Assembly: GCA_049325595.1 (NCBI GenBank)
Contig: JBMOLF010000015.1
Coordinates: 96,001 to 160,000, forward strand
Length of the DNA stretch: 64,000 bases
Reading direction: 5' to 3'
DNA from: Candidatus Babelota bacterium
GTDB lineage: Bacteria > Babelota > Babeliae > Babelales > Vermiphilaceae
Positions 49,200-59,823 of the stretch are shown piece by piece (within the stretch, counting starts at the first letter, position 1; each line of letters starts with the position of its first letter). Position numbers and translations under genes: made by a program. The notes below the pieces were generated by a model, which saw nothing but the letters and a program-made list of their open reading frames with translations, did no database searches and was not told the DNA's origin.

Positions 49200-51134
49200 A
49201 TGATCACTGCAATGCGCAAGCATATAAAGAGTAGAGGTTTTAAAATTGTTTTGTGGATTTGTTTATTGGCAGTAGCCGGTGTTTTTTCGGTTATAGAATT
49301 AGTAAAAAATGCTTTTACTCCTGCGCAATGGATAGCAAAAGTTAATGGGACCACTATTGGCTATCCTGAATTTGCACGAAAAACTTTTTATCAAGAACAA
49401 GAAATTAAAGCCATTAGAGCTCAGCTTGGTAATTATGCTGACTTGTGGTTTCAAATGTTGGGTATAAGCAATGATCCTCAAGAACAAGCATTAGAAATAC
49501 TTACTCAAGAAGCGTTACTTGATCAGGCAGTGAAAAAAACTGGTATTGTAGCTGATAAAGAATTAAGCAAAGAATGGTTGCGCCATCCAGAGTTTTTACA
49601 AACTATTGGCGACTTGGTTCCTCCATTTGCTCTAGAAAATGGTATTATTAATCCGCAGATTTTAAGAAGTTACCTACAGCGTGCTGGCGTAAGTAATGCT
49701 GAATTTGAATCATCACTTGCACGCGCATTGCAGCGTATGATTTTTACCCAATTGGTAAAAGGTGCTTATTATGCGCCTTCAATTGCAGTAAAAAATTATT
49801 TTATTAATGAATATGCAGGCAAGAAATTTTCTATTGCCGCAATTTCATTTGATACCATAAAAGAAGGTGTAAAAAAAGAAGCGTTAGATCCAGCTCTTAT
49901 TCAAGAGTATTATGATACTCATAAAAATGAATATATGGTGCCAGCAACAAGAACAGGTTCCATATGGACTTTTGATCCAGCACAGTATGGTATTACGCTA
50001 GCACCAGAAGAAATAGCGCAATATTATCAAGCTCACCAATCTGAATATTTGGAAAAACCTGCGCAAGTTCAAATTAGAAGAATATTGTTTGCGGTAACTG
50101 ATCCAGCACAAGAAATTGCAATATCACAAAAAGCAGAAGAAGTGAGAGCTCAACTTGAAAAAGATCCCGCTTCATTTGCCAAAATTGCACAAGAAGTATC
50201 TGACGATAAAGAATCAGCTGCGCAAGGCGGTTTGTTGCCATTCTTTACCAAAGGAACCCAGGAAAAACAACGTGAAATGGCTGCATTTGTATTAAAAAAT
50301 GATGGCGATATTTCACCAGTAATTAAAACCGATAAGGGTTTTGAGATTCTACAACGTGTTGCTCGCAAAGCGCCAGAATTTAAAGCCCTTACAGCAGTTG
50401 AAACTCAAATTAAAAATATACTTCTTAAGAAAAAATTTGCCGCTCAATTTGCTGCCGATGCCCGTAAGGTAATTGACCAGGCCAAATCAAACCCTGCAGC
50501 ATTTGATGAGTTTGTTAAAGCAAAAAATGCAAAAAAACAATCTGTTTCAGCAACTTCTTTAGAAACTACTCCCGTAGCACAAGCACTCTTTAAAATTAAA
50601 CCTGGCATGCTTACTACTTTTGGTAATGCCCAAGAAGGTAACATAATTAAGTTAGAGGCTATTAAAGACAGCTATATCCCTGAATTGGATGCAATAAAAA
50701 ACAACGTTATTGATGATATATATTCACAAAGAGCCCAAGAAAAAATTCAAGGAGTTAGCAAATCGCTTAAACAGTTGATGGCAGCAGGTAATTTTGATGC
50801 AATACAAAAGATGCCAGGTGTTACCGTAGAAAAAACTGGCATGTTGAAAAAGGCTGACAAAAATTCGCTTGAATTATTGCAGCGTAAAGGAGTACCTACT
50901 AATCAATTATTTCAACTAGAACAGATTGGTTCCGTGGTCAATGCATCGTCTGGCAACCATGTTTATGTAATGAGACTGGATGAAATAGCGCCTCTTGACC
51001 AAGCACAATTTGATGCAAAAAAAGATGAAATTAAGCAACGTTTAACCCAGCAAGAAGCTATGGTTTTACTCAATGGAGTTATTGCTTCTTTATATAGAAA
51101 TGCTACAATAAAGTTTAATTCTCCACAGATTTAA
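49200..51134 (+). CDS. PpiD/SurA-type peptidylprolyl isomerase
   Basis: N-terminal TM, SurA_N region, parvulin motif FAKIAQEVSDDKESAAQGGLL...SPVIKTDKGF. Confidence 0.88.
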   Translation: MITAMRKHIKSRGFKIVLWICLLAVAGVFSVIELVKNAFTPAQWIAKVNGTTIGYPEFARKTFYQEQEIKAIRAQLGNYADLWFQMLGISNDPQEQALEILTQEALLDQAVKKTGIVADKELSKEWLRHPEFLQTIGDLVPPFALENGIINPQILRSYLQRAGVSNAEFESSLARALQRMIFTQLVKGAYYAPSIAVKNYFINEYAGKKFSIAAISFDTIKEGVKKEALDPALIQEYYDTHKNEYMVPATRTGSIWTFDPAQYGITLAPEEIAQYYQAHQSEYLEKPAQVQIRRILFAVTDPAQEIAISQKAEEVRAQLEKDPASFAKIAQEVSDDKESAAQGGLLPFFTKGTQEKQREMAAFVLKNDGDISPVIKTDKGFEILQRVARKAPEFKALTAVETQIKNILLKKKFAAQFAADARKVIDQAKSNPAAFDEFVKAKNAKKQSVSATSLETTPVAQALFKIKPGMLTTFGNAQEGNIIKLEAIKDSYIPELDAIKNNVIDDIYSQRAQEKIQGVSKSLKQLMAAGNFDAIQKMPGVTVEKTGMLKKADKNSLELLQRKGVPTNQLFQLEQIGSVVNASSGNHVYVMRLDEIAPLDQAQFDAKKDEIKQRLTQQEAMVLLNGVIASLYRNATIKFNSPQI

Positions 51135-51164
51135 GCACAACGATAAATTTTACAGAATGAAATT

Positions 51165-52202
51165 ATGGCTAAAGAAAATATAAACAAAAAAACAGCTAAC
51201 GGTTCTGAAATTGACCTCAAGAGAAAAGCTCTTGAGGTTACCTTTTCTCAGATAGACAAACAGTATGGCAATGGCGCTGTAATGGTGCTTGGTCAGGCTA
51301 ACAACTCTCGTGTAGAGGCAATTTCGACCGGATCAATTTTAGTTGACGAGGCTATTGGTGTTGGTGGATTGCCGGTTGGCAGAGTTATTGAAATTTTTGG
51401 TCCTGAGGCGTCAGGTAAAACAACTCTTGCTATGCAAGCAATTGCACAAGCCCAAAGACAAGGTGGTATTTGTGCGTTTATAGATGCAGAACACGCCTTA
51501 GATCCAGCACATGCTGCTCGCCTAGGTATTAATGTTGACGATCTTATTATTTCTCAACCTGATTATGGCGAACAAGCTCTTGATATTGCTGAAATGTTAA
51601 TACGCTCAGGCGCTATTGATATTTTGGTTATCGACTCAGTAGCAGCCCTAGTGCCTAAGGCTGAACTTGAAGGTGAAATGGGTGATTCCCATATGGGCTT
51701 ACAAGCACGTCTTATGTCACAAGCCTTGCGTAAGTTAACTCCAGTTGTCCATAAATCAAAAACTATCTTGATTTTCATTAACCAAGTTCGTCAAAACATT
51801 GGTGCTATGCCTTTTGCTCCTAAAGAAGTAACTACTGGTGGTAATGCATTGAAATTCTATGCTTCAATTCGTATTGAGGTACGCCGTATTGCTTCATTGA
51901 AAAAAGATGATGCGCATGTTGGCAACAGGGTATGCATAAAGGTAGTAAAAAATAAGGTTGCTGCACCATTTAAAAAAGTTGAGCTTGATCTTCTGTTTAA
52001 TGAAGGAATTAGTAAAGAGCTTGATTTGCTTGATGCAGGACTTCATTTTGGCATAATTCAGCAGTCGGGATCATGGTTCTCTATGGGTGCTGAAAAGCTT
52101 GCTCAAGGTAGAGAGCAAATGCTTCATTATTTGAAAACTCATAAAGATGTTGCAGCTGCTATAAAAGCTCAGATTCAAGAAGTAATAGATTCAAGAAAAT
52201 AA
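51165..52202 (+). CDS. recA: Recombinase RecA
   Basis: [34 protein letters not shown]. Confidence 0.99.
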   Translation: MAKENINKKTANGSEIDLKRKALEVTFSQIDKQYGNGAVMVLGQANNSRVEAISTGSILVDEAIGVGGLPVGRVIEIFGPEASGKTTLAMQAIAQAQRQGGICAFIDAEHALDPAHAARLGINVDDLIISQPDYGEQALDIAEMLIRSGAIDILVIDSVAALVPKAELEGEMGDSHMGLQARLMSQALRKLTPVVHKSKTILIFINQVRQNIGAMPFAPKEVTTGGNALKFYASIRIEVRRIASLKKDDAHVGNRVCIKVVKNKVAAPFKKVELDLLFNEGISKELDLLDAGLHFGIIQQSGSWFSMGAEKLAQGREQMLHYLKTHKDVAAAIKAQIQEVIDSRK

Positions 52203-52245
52203 TTGTTAAGAGATGTATATCCCTTAAAAAACAGGTATTATTGCG

Positions 52246-52794
52246 TTGAAAGAAACAAAAAAAGAACTCTTACCTTTAATCAATGAAAAAATAAAATTTC
52301 CTCGTTTGCAACTTATTACACACGAGGGCCAAAACATTGGTATGGTAAGTAGAAACGAAGCTTTACGTATGGCACAGGATGCGCGCCTTGATTTAGTAAT
52401 TATTGCTGAACAAGGAAAAGAAGGTGTTCCTGTTGCCAAAATTATGGACTTTGGCAAGTCTCTTTATGAAAAAAAGAAAAAACAAGCTGAAGCCAAAAAA
52501 CATCAAAAAGTTATTCAAGTAAAGGAAATCAAGCTAAGTCCCAAAATTGGTGAACATGATTACTTAACCAAAATGAGACAGGCAATTGATTTCTTGAATG
52601 ATGGTAAACGTGTGAAAATTACCTTATTCTTTAAAGGTCGTGAAAATGCAACTCGTGAAGAGCGTGGAGCAGAAATTTATGAAAAAATTCATAAAACCTT
52701 TGAAGAGCATGGCTTGGACAAAAATTTAGTTCAAGAACAAGAATCAAAAATGGGTTCTTTGTGGTCACGCGTATATTTTCTTAAAGGCAAATAA
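52246..52794 (+). CDS. infC: Translation initiation factor IF-3
   Basis: INEKI, PVAKIMDFGK, VKEIKLSPKIGEHD; non-ATG start (TTG, or in-frame ATT at 52240/52237). Confidence 0.96.
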   Translation: MKETKKELLPLINEKIKFPRLQLITHEGQNIGMVSRNEALRMAQDARLDLVIIAEQGKEGVPVAKIMDFGKSLYEKKKKQAEAKKHQKVIQVKEIKLSPKIGEHDYLTKMRQAIDFLNDGKRVKITLFFKGRENATREERGAEIYEKIHKTFEEHGLDKNLVQEQESKMGSLWSRVYFLKGK

Positions 52795-52822
52795 ACTAAA
52801 CGTATAATAGGTAGCAATTATC

Positions 52823-53026
52823 ATGAACAACAAAATGAAAACACGTTCTGCAGCAAAGAAACGTTTTAAAAGACTTCCAGGTGGCAAAATTAAAAGAGCT
52901 AAAGCATTTAGACGCCATTTGTTGACCAAAAAAGCATCTAAAAGAAAACGTTCTCTCCGTCACAGCGCTTATGTAAATGACGCAGATATGGCTAGAATTT
53001 CCCGTTTACTACCATATGCGGCGTAA
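52823..53026 (+). CDS. rpmI: 50S ribosomal protein L35
   Basis: [12 protein letters not shown]...HLLTKK; infC-rpmI-rplT synteny. Confidence 0.97.
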   Translation: MNNKMKTRSAAKKRFKRLPGGKIKRAKAFRRHLLTKKASKRKRSLRHSAYVNDADMARISRLLPYAA

Positions 53027-53070
53027 GAACTTTATCTTTTTTGCTTAATTAACTATTTTCGGAGATTATC

Positions 53071-53418
53071 ATGACACGTGTAAAACGCGGTACCGTTGTA
53101 AAAAAAAGACATAAAAAATTACTCAAACAAACTAAGGGCTTCTGGGGCCAACGTAAAAATATTTTCATTCGCGCAAAAGAAACTCTTATGCGCGCAATGG
53201 CGTATGCTTTCAAAGGTCGTAAGCTTAAAAAACGTGATATGAGAGCATTATTTATTTCTCGTATCAAAGCAGCTTCAGTTGCTAATGGCTTACCTTACAA
53301 TCGTTTTATGTTTGGCTTGAAGAAAGCTAACATTGAACTAAATAGAAAGATGTTAAGTCAACTTGCAATTTTTGAGCCAGCAGCATTTACTAAGCTTGTT
53401 CAAATTGCTCAAGAATAG
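53071..53418 (+). CDS. rplT: 50S ribosomal protein L20
   Basis: MTRVKRG...LNRKMLSQLAI. Confidence 0.98.
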   Translation: MTRVKRGTVVKKRHKKLLKQTKGFWGQRKNIFIRAKETLMRAMAYAFKGRKLKKRDMRALFISRIKAASVANGLPYNRFMFGLKKANIELNRKMLSQLAIFEPAAFTKLVQIAQE

Positions 53419-53423
53419 TTCCC

Positions 53424-53453
53424 TTGACAATAATTATTGCTGCTCATTACACT
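53424..53453 (+). promoter_or_regulatory. sigma70-type promoter for zapB-like/zapA
   Basis: TTGACA-N18-TACACT. Confidence 0.5.
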
Positions 53454-53494
53454 AGGGCATAGAATAATTAACGATATAAAAAAGGGGAGTTACA

Positions 53495-53743
53495 GTGGAA
53501 ATATTAGCAGTACTTGAGGAAAAAATTGCTTCGTTAATTGAGTTGGTAAAAGAACTCAAAGCAGAAAATGCAAAATTAGCTGAAGAAAATGCACAGTTAC
53601 TTGCAAAAATGGAAATGCTTGAGTCGTCGTTAACCAATGATGTACGCCGTCTTGAAGAGCTTAATATTGAAAAAGCATTAACTAAAGATGCGGTAAGTAG
53701 TTTGATAAGTAGTATTAATGAACTTGTTGAAACACAAAGTTAA
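53495..53743 (+). CDS. ZapB-like coiled-coil protein
   Basis: LEEKI...LKAENAKLAEEN coiled coil directly upstream of zapA. Confidence 0.7.
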   Translation: MEILAVLEEKIASLIELVKELKAENAKLAEENAQLLAKMEMLESSLTNDVRRLEELNIEKALTKDAVSSLISSINELVETQS

Positions 53744-53748
53744 CTACG

Positions 53749-54036
53749 ATGAAAAATGAAGCAAAGCCATATAAAGTTTTGATTTTTGATGATCATTATA
53801 ATTTGGTAAGCGATGAGCCTGAAGAAGTGGTGGTTCGCTCTGCTTCTTTAGTTGATATACACATGAAGGAAATCGCACAAAAACTGCCTTACTTAGATGA
53901 AAAAAAAGTTGCCGTTTTATCTGCTGTGCGATTAGCAAGCCAACTTATAAGCTCTCAAATAAAACATGAGAGTAATGAGAAAAAACAAGAAGCGCTTATT
54001 CAATTTATTGATCAGCAAATCCTAAAGTTTCTGTAA
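53749..54036 (+). CDS. zapA: Cell division protein ZapA
   Basis: VLIFDDHYNL...ASLVDIHMKEI...KVAVLSAV pattern; zapA-rny-ymdB synteny. Confidence 0.8.
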   Translation: MKNEAKPYKVLIFDDHYNLVSDEPEEVVVRSASLVDIHMKEIAQKLPYLDEKKVAVLSAVRLASQLISSQIKHESNEKKQEALIQFIDQQILKFL

Positions 54037-54042
54037 GAAATT

Positions 54043-54075
54043 AATATCCCCAAAGTTAGTTGCTTTGGGGGTATT
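54043..54075 (+). terminator. Hairpin after zapA
   Basis: aatatccccaaag...ctttgggggtatt. Confidence 0.5.
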
Positions 54076-54221
54076 CCTCTCCTTGTAATATATTAAAAAG
54101 TTCACTTTTGCTTTATCTTTTGTTCTTATTCTATTCCCCTTGCAAATGATCGCAATATCTGTGATACACTAATCCCAGATATCTTTAATGACATACATAA
54201 ATTTTCATAGTTAGGAATCAC

Positions 54222-55787
54222 ATGGCTGAAACATTAATTCTATTTTCCTATGTTATTGCAGGGGTATGCCTTGCTTTAGCTATTGGATTATTGTGGTACA
54301 TGAAAAAACGTTCAAATCGTGCCAATAAATTATTAGAAGAAGCACAAGAAAAATTGAAAAATGCCAAACGAGAAATTGAAAATGAACGTCGTGAAGCATT
54401 TTTAAAAATTAAAGATGAAATTTATCGTCGAAGAACCGATTTTGAATCTGAAATGAAACGTGAGCGAATCGAATTTGATCGCTTACAAGCAAAGCTTAAT
54501 TCAAAGTATGAGATAATTGAGAAAAAAGAATTAGATCTTGATACGCTTAAACTAGATCTTCAGCAAAAAGAACGCAATCTTTCACGCATGGAAGATGCAT
54601 TGCGTGTTCAAGAAAATAAGCTCAAAAATATGTACAATGATTTAATTACCAAGCTTGAGCGCATTAGTACCGTTACTAAAGATGAAGCTAAACAGATGAT
54701 TTTCGACATTCTTGATGCCGAAGTACGTCTTTCTAATCAAAAATGGGTCCAAAAAGTTGAAGAAGAATCAAAACAACTTGCTAAAGAAAAATCTATTCAA
54801 ATAATTGCAACAGCAATGCAACGATATACCGCTGATCAAGTAGCTATTCATTCATCAAGCGTGGTTCATCTTCCATCAGAAGAAATGAAGGGGCGTATTA
54901 TTGGTAAAGAAGGCCGTAATATTAAGGCTCTTGAAATGGCAACTGGTATGGAATTTGTTATAGGAGAAGCGCCAGAAATTATTACCATTTCAGGTTTTAA
55001 TCCGATACGCCGTGAAATTGCTCGTCGATCACTTGAACGCTTAATTTTAGATGGACGTATTAATCCAACACGTATCGAAGAAACAGTTGCTCAATGCGAA
55101 AAAGAACTAGAAGAGATGATTGAAGAATATGGTAAATCAGTTATCCTCGAGTTTAATTTACAAGGAGTTCACCCTGAAATCGTAACGTTACTTGGTAAAT
55201 TGCATTTCAGAACAAGCTATTCTCAAAATGTTTTAGTTCACTGCAAAGAAGTAGGTCTTTTTGCCCGTATGATAGCTGAGGAAATGGGGCTTGATGGTTC
55301 TATTGCACTTCGTGCCGGTCTTTTGCATGACATTGGTAAAGCAGTAACTGCAGAGATAGAAGGACCTCATGCCAAAATTGGTGGTGATATTGCAAAACGC
55401 TGTGGGGAAGACCCTATTATAGTGAATGCTATTGCTGCTCATCATGAGGAAGTACCATTTGCATCGGTTTATGCAATTATTGTTGTAATTGCTGACACTA
55501 TTTCTGCATCACGTCCGGGTGCTCGTCGAGAAACATTAACGGCTTATATTAAACGCCTTGAAAAGCTTGAAGAAATTGCCCACAGCTTTGAAGGTATTAA
55601 AAAAGCTTATGCATTACAAGCAGGGCGTGAAGTGCGCATTATTGTAGAAGAAGATTCTATGGATGATGAAAAAGCATCTATTCTTGCTCGAGAAATTGCT
55701 CGTAAAATAGAAGAGGAAATGAATTTCCCTGGGCAAATTAAAGTAAATGTTATCCGTGAAAAACGAGCTATAGAATACGCAAGGTAA
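54222..55787 (+). CDS. rny: Ribonuclease Y
   Basis: N-terminal TM, coiled coil, KH (GRIIGKEGRNI), HD (LLHDIGK), SASRPGAR. Confidence 0.97.
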   Translation: MAETLILFSYVIAGVCLALAIGLLWYMKKRSNRANKLLEEAQEKLKNAKREIENERREAFLKIKDEIYRRRTDFESEMKRERIEFDRLQAKLNSKYEIIEKKELDLDTLKLDLQQKERNLSRMEDALRVQENKLKNMYNDLITKLERISTVTKDEAKQMIFDILDAEVRLSNQKWVQKVEEESKQLAKEKSIQIIATAMQRYTADQVAIHSSSVVHLPSEEMKGRIIGKEGRNIKALEMATGMEFVIGEAPEIITISGFNPIRREIARRSLERLILDGRINPTRIEETVAQCEKELEEMIEEYGKSVILEFNLQGVHPEIVTLLGKLHFRTSYSQNVLVHCKEVGLFARMIAEEMGLDGSIALRAGLLHDIGKAVTAEIEGPHAKIGGDIAKRCGEDPIIVNAIAAHHEEVPFASVYAIIVVIADTISASRPGARRETLTAYIKRLEKLEEIAHSFEGIKKAYALQAGREVRIIVEEDSMDDEKASILAREIARKIEEEMNFPGQIKVNVIREKRAIEYAR

Positions 55788-55795
55788 TTGTATAC

Positions 55796-56611
55796 ATGAA
55801 AGTTCTTTTAATAGGAGATGTGGTTGGGTTACCTGGCCGCATGATGATTCAAAAGCATTTACCTAAACTACAACATGAGTTAGGTATAGATGCTACCATT
55901 GTTAACGGCGAAAATAGTGCCGATGGCAAAGGAATAACGCCTCGTATTATGCATTTTTTCAAGCATAATAAAGTTGATGTGGTTACCTCTGGCAACCATA
56001 TTTGGAATAAAAAAGAAATTTATTCTTATATTGCAGAACATAAAGATTTGTTGCGACCAGCTAATTTTCCCAGCGATTCACCCGGTGTTGGCGTAACGAC
56101 CTTTATGGTTAAAAATCAGTTGGTTGCGGTAATCAATCTGCAAGGACGCGTATTTATGCGTGAACTTATTGATTGTCCTTTTAAAACCGCCCAATCGATT
56201 TTAACCTATCTGCGGGATAAAACAAAATTAATATTTGTTGATTTTCATGCCGAAACAACATCAGAAAAACAAGGACTTTCTTTTTTTCTCGATGGGAAAG
56301 TTACCGGAGTTGTAGGAACTCATACTCATGTTCAAACTGCCGATGAGCGAATTTTGCCTCAAGGCACTGCCTATATTACTGATTTGGGTATGTGTGGTTC
56401 ACTCAACTCAATGATTGGTATGAAAAAAGAACCTATTATTCAGCAATATATAACTCAAATGCCAACTCGTTTTACGGTAGAAACATCTGGACCATTTGTA
56501 ATGAGTGGTATATGGATTGATGCTGATCCAATTACTGGAAAAGCACGTCAAATACAGCGTGTTCGTATTATTGATGATGAGTTGCATATAGAATCTGAAG
56601 ATGCACTTTAA
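55796..56611 (+). CDS. ymdB: YmdB-family metallophosphoesterase
   Basis: GDVVG, NGEN, TSGNH, DFHAETTSEK, GTHTH. Confidence 0.93.
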   Translation: MKVLLIGDVVGLPGRMMIQKHLPKLQHELGIDATIVNGENSADGKGITPRIMHFFKHNKVDVVTSGNHIWNKKEIYSYIAEHKDLLRPANFPSDSPGVGVTTFMVKNQLVAVINLQGRVFMRELIDCPFKTAQSILTYLRDKTKLIFVDFHAETTSEKQGLSFFLDGKVTGVVGTHTHVQTADERILPQGTAYITDLGMCGSLNSMIGMKKEPIIQQYITQMPTRFTVETSGPFVMSGIWIDADPITGKARQIQRVRIIDDELHIESEDAL

Positions 56612-56619
56612 ACTTATAA

Positions 56620-56652
56620 CAGGCATGTAAAAAGCATGCCTGTTTCTTTTTT
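56620..56652 (+). terminator. Intrinsic terminator
   Basis: acaggcatg...catgcctgt followed by T-rich run. Confidence 0.75.
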
Positions 56653-56699
56653 CTGCGAATATAGTATTCTTGTATTAACCTTTAACGAGAAGGAGAACT

Positions 56700-56798
56700 A
56701 TGTTCCTACTAAAACATCGAACCTCGGTTCTAGAAACGGTTAATGGCGAGCTTATCTTTAAAAAACATCGCATCTTACTTATTTTTCAATTCTTTTAG
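56700..56798 (+). CDS. Putative 32-aa leader/small peptide
   Basis: AAGGAG RBS before ATG; MFLLKHRTSVLETVNGELIFKKHRILLIFQFF. Confidence 0.4.
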   Translation: MFLLKHRTSVLETVNGELIFKKHRILLIFQFF

Positions 56799-56866
56799 TA
56801 CATAACATTTATTATTACCAATCGCAGTTAATATATTTACTAATATTAATACTTTGGGAGTAATGT

Positions 56867-57799
56867 ATGTATTTATTAATAGTACTTAATGCCATTACTG
56901 GTGCAACATACCCAATTGCAAAAGCTGCGCTTGCTTATGCGCCTGCATTATTTATGACTGCTTTGCGTATGTTGCTTGGTGGTTTTTTATTAATAGGATT
57001 TGAATGGTTACGAGGAGCTTGTCGCTATCGTTTTGATAAGCAAGGCATAATACTTCTTATTTTGCTTACTTTATTTAACGTTTATTCTACGAACGTTTTA
57101 CAATTTTGGGCATTAAATTATATTGGTGCGGGAAAAGCTGCATTTATTGCAAACTTAACACCCTTTATTTCAGCCTTTTTTGCCTACTTTCTCTTTAAAG
57201 AAAAATTTTCTTTTCAAAAACTCATAGGCTTATTGATAGGATTTTTTTCTTTTGTGCCGCTTATTCTCTATCAATCTCCGTCCGAGGTGGCTGTCGAATT
57301 TGGCAGAAAGTTGTGGTACTGGCCTGAAATAGCCTTAGTAGCAAGTACTTTTATGTCGGTGTTTGGCTGGTTGGCCATGAAAAAACTTATGCAAGTAAGA
57401 ACACGATGCATACTAATGGCAAATGGACTCAGTATGGTTTTAGGAAGCTTATTGCTATTTCCTACTTCATGGATAATAGAGACAAACACTATTTTTCCTG
57501 TTACTCAAGTACCATACTTTTTATTATGCCTTATTGGTTTGATTATTGTTAACAACTTTGTTTCGTATAATGGTTTTGCATTTTTAATGCAACGATATAG
57601 TACCACCTTATTATTCTTTGGAGGATTTCTCAACCCACTCTTTGCTTCGCTATATGGATGGTATTTTTTAGGGGAAGTTATAACCTGGCATTTTTATGTA
57701 GCCATCTTGGGAGTAATAATTGGATTGTTGCTCTTTTTTGTAGAAGAAAAAAAATTAAAAAAACAAAAAACAGTCAAAATTTATAAAGTGAAAATGTAA
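56867..57799 (+). CDS. DMT/EamA family transporter
   Basis: Ten TM segments, two EamA-like halves (FLFKEKFS; FLGEVIT). Confidence 0.9.
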   Translation: MYLLIVLNAITGATYPIAKAALAYAPALFMTALRMLLGGFLLIGFEWLRGACRYRFDKQGIILLILLTLFNVYSTNVLQFWALNYIGAGKAAFIANLTPFISAFFAYFLFKEKFSFQKLIGLLIGFFSFVPLILYQSPSEVAVEFGRKLWYWPEIALVASTFMSVFGWLAMKKLMQVRTRCILMANGLSMVLGSLLLFPTSWIIETNTIFPVTQVPYFLLCLIGLIIVNNFVSYNGFAFLMQRYSTTLLFFGGFLNPLFASLYGWYFLGEVITWHFYVAILGVIIGLLLFFVEEKKLKKQKTVKIYKVKM

Positions 57800-57977
57800 A
57801 AATAAAAATAATTTTAAATAATTTCAAAATTTAAAACATTCTTAGTGTTTTTTTGAATGCAAATAAAAATTGACTATTTTAATAAGATAAAGCAGATCAA
57901 TTTAATTGTATTAACTTTGGTATAATCATTTAATTAAATTGATCTGTGAAAGTGTTTTTGAATAATGCGATCCAAAG

Positions 57978-58994
57978 CTACTTTTTGCTGTTAAATGAAC
58001 ATTTTTGCAAAAAAGCTTCAATATCAAGCGCGAACTTATGCAACTCTGGAGATGACAATATTTCTTTAAAAGATTTGGTTTTGCTTAATTCTTGTAAAAC
58101 CTTATTGATCTCTTGTTTTGGTGCATTAACACTATGTTTTTTTATAAATAAATTCTTTTGAAGAAGTTTTGATAAAGCAGTGGTATGCTCTTGACCGGTA
58201 AATATGGCTATCAACGGCTTATTGCTGTGATGAATAATTTCTAAAAATGCGTCCAGTTCAAGAAGATTATCGGCAAGCTTTTCAAGTTTGTGAATAGTGC
58301 TTTGGGTATTGAGTAAAATTTTTTGTTCATTTGATGTAGGAACAAAAAAATCATTAAAAATAAATTGTGCTATAGAAACTGCTTCTTCATTAGCATTTTT
58401 TTGTTGTGTAGGAAGTGAAGCTAGTAGTTCATCGCGTTTTTTAACCAAATCAAAAAAATATTTTTCTGCATTTAAAGCAAGAGGATGTTCAGGATTAGTC
58501 TTGAGAATTTTATCAAGCTTTTGATATAAGACATCCTGTTTTGCGTAACATTCTTTTAAAGATTCAGTAAATAAATAAAACATTTTCTGATGAGTTTCTT
58601 TTTTTGCAAAAAGTTCTTTAAGTTGTGAATAGTTATTATTCTGAATCAGCTCCATATTGAATATTCTAAACATTCCGCCTACTGCTCTAAATTCCAGTCC
58701 TTTATTTTCTAAATTATTATTCGTAACTTCCGAATAAAGCTGAGCAAGAAATTGAGTGCTATTTTCTTTTTTTTCAAATCCTTCGAACAGCATCAAAGGC
58801 TTATGTTTTTTCAGATTTTTTATAACCTGCAATAATTGATGGGTATCAATAGTGGGGGCAATCCAGTGATTATCGCCAAACAATAAAACTGTTTGATTGA
58901 GTTGTGGAGAGAATAGCTCTTTACCGCTGACAACTGTCGCGTATGAATTTAGAGTAAGTTGGCCTAAAAGGAAAGCTAGGATAATTTTTTTCAT
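57978..58994 (-). CDS. Secreted hypothetical protein, possible EreA/ChaN/TraB-like fold
   Basis: Signal peptide; LLFGDNH, MLFEG, IFTGQEH motifs. Confidence 0.6.
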   Translation of the reverse strand: MKKIILAFLLGQLTLNSYATVVSGKELFSPQLNQTVLLFGDNHWIAPTIDTHQLLQVIKNLKKHKPLMLFEGFEKKENSTQFLAQLYSEVTNNNLENKGLEFRAVGGMFRIFNMELIQNNNYSQLKELFAKKETHQKMFYLFTESLKECYAKQDVLYQKLDKILKTNPEHPLALNAEKYFFDLVKKRDELLASLPTQQKNANEEAVSIAQFIFNDFFVPTSNEQKILLNTQSTIHKLEKLADNLLELDAFLEIIHHSNKPLIAIFTGQEHTTALSKLLQKNLFIKKHSVNAPKQEINKVLQELSKTKSFKEILSSPELHKFALDIEAFLQKCSFNSKK

Positions 58995-59280
58995 GATAAC
59001 GTAACCTCATTTGGGGGGAGAAAGAATAGTTTAAGGGTACCATAGATCAAAACAGTGTCAAATTTGCAAATAGAAAATAATTCAACAATCGCCATCTAAA
59101 CACTGGTCAATAAAAAAATAATGTAGTGAATAAATTGCACTTCTTATAAAAATTGGGCAAATTTATCATTAAATTTTGTTTGCTATTAAATCTATTCGTC
59201 AAGGAATAATTTATTAAATATGTCCCAATTTTGAACGAGTTTTTATTTGAATTGATCTAGAGCGATTATTGCACAATCAT

Positions 59281-59643
59281 TTAATCAACTTTCATTTTAT
59301 TTTGTAAGACTATCTGTTTACTTGGTAATTGCAAAACATTTGGTAACAATAACGATTTAGCATTGCTTAGCACATTGATTAAACTTTCTTTGGATAATTG
59401 TTCCGTTAATTGACTTGCTTGATTAATCATATTCTGTTTAACAGTATTTATTTCTTGAGATGTATACGAAGAATAGCTTGCTAAATCTTTATTTGTATGT
59501 TCCAATAATTTATTTATTTGATAAATAGTTACTATACAATTGAGCAGTTCCTTATCTTTACCGAGCACATCTTTTTGGTTTTTATCCATTACGTATATAT
59601 TAGTGCGTATAAGCATTATCAATAATAAATATATTTTTTTCAT
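59281..59643 (-). CDS. Secreted hypothetical protein
   Basis: GAGG RBS, MKK signal-like N-terminus. Confidence 0.55.
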   Translation of the reverse strand: MKKIYLLLIMLIRTNIYVMDKNQKDVLGKDKELLNCIVTIYQINKLLEHTNKDLASYSSYTSQEINTVKQNMINQASQLTEQLSKESLINVLSNAKSLLLPNVLQLPSKQIVLQNKMKVD

Positions 59644-59823
59644 GAAAGCCTCATTAAATGATGTTTTTCAGATCTTTAAAGTATTAATAATATTTTAGCA
59701 ATCATACCCATGAAAGTTAATGATTGTGTCTATGTTAACAATGCATGATTAGTTAACATAGACATGGTAACTCGCTATAATAAATACAGAGTCATTTTTA
59801 ATACATTTTGTTCTGAGTTTCTA

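Noticed and set aside
54037..54221. 6S RNA expected from zapA-rny synteny
   Set aside because: Only one short hairpin and a pyrimidine tract are visible; no long rod with central bubble could be folded by eye. An Rfam RF00013 search would settle it
59731..59760. Inverted repeat tatgttaac-N12-gttaacata
   Set aside because: AT-rich, single occurrence, spacing unlike dif; no regulator can be assigned
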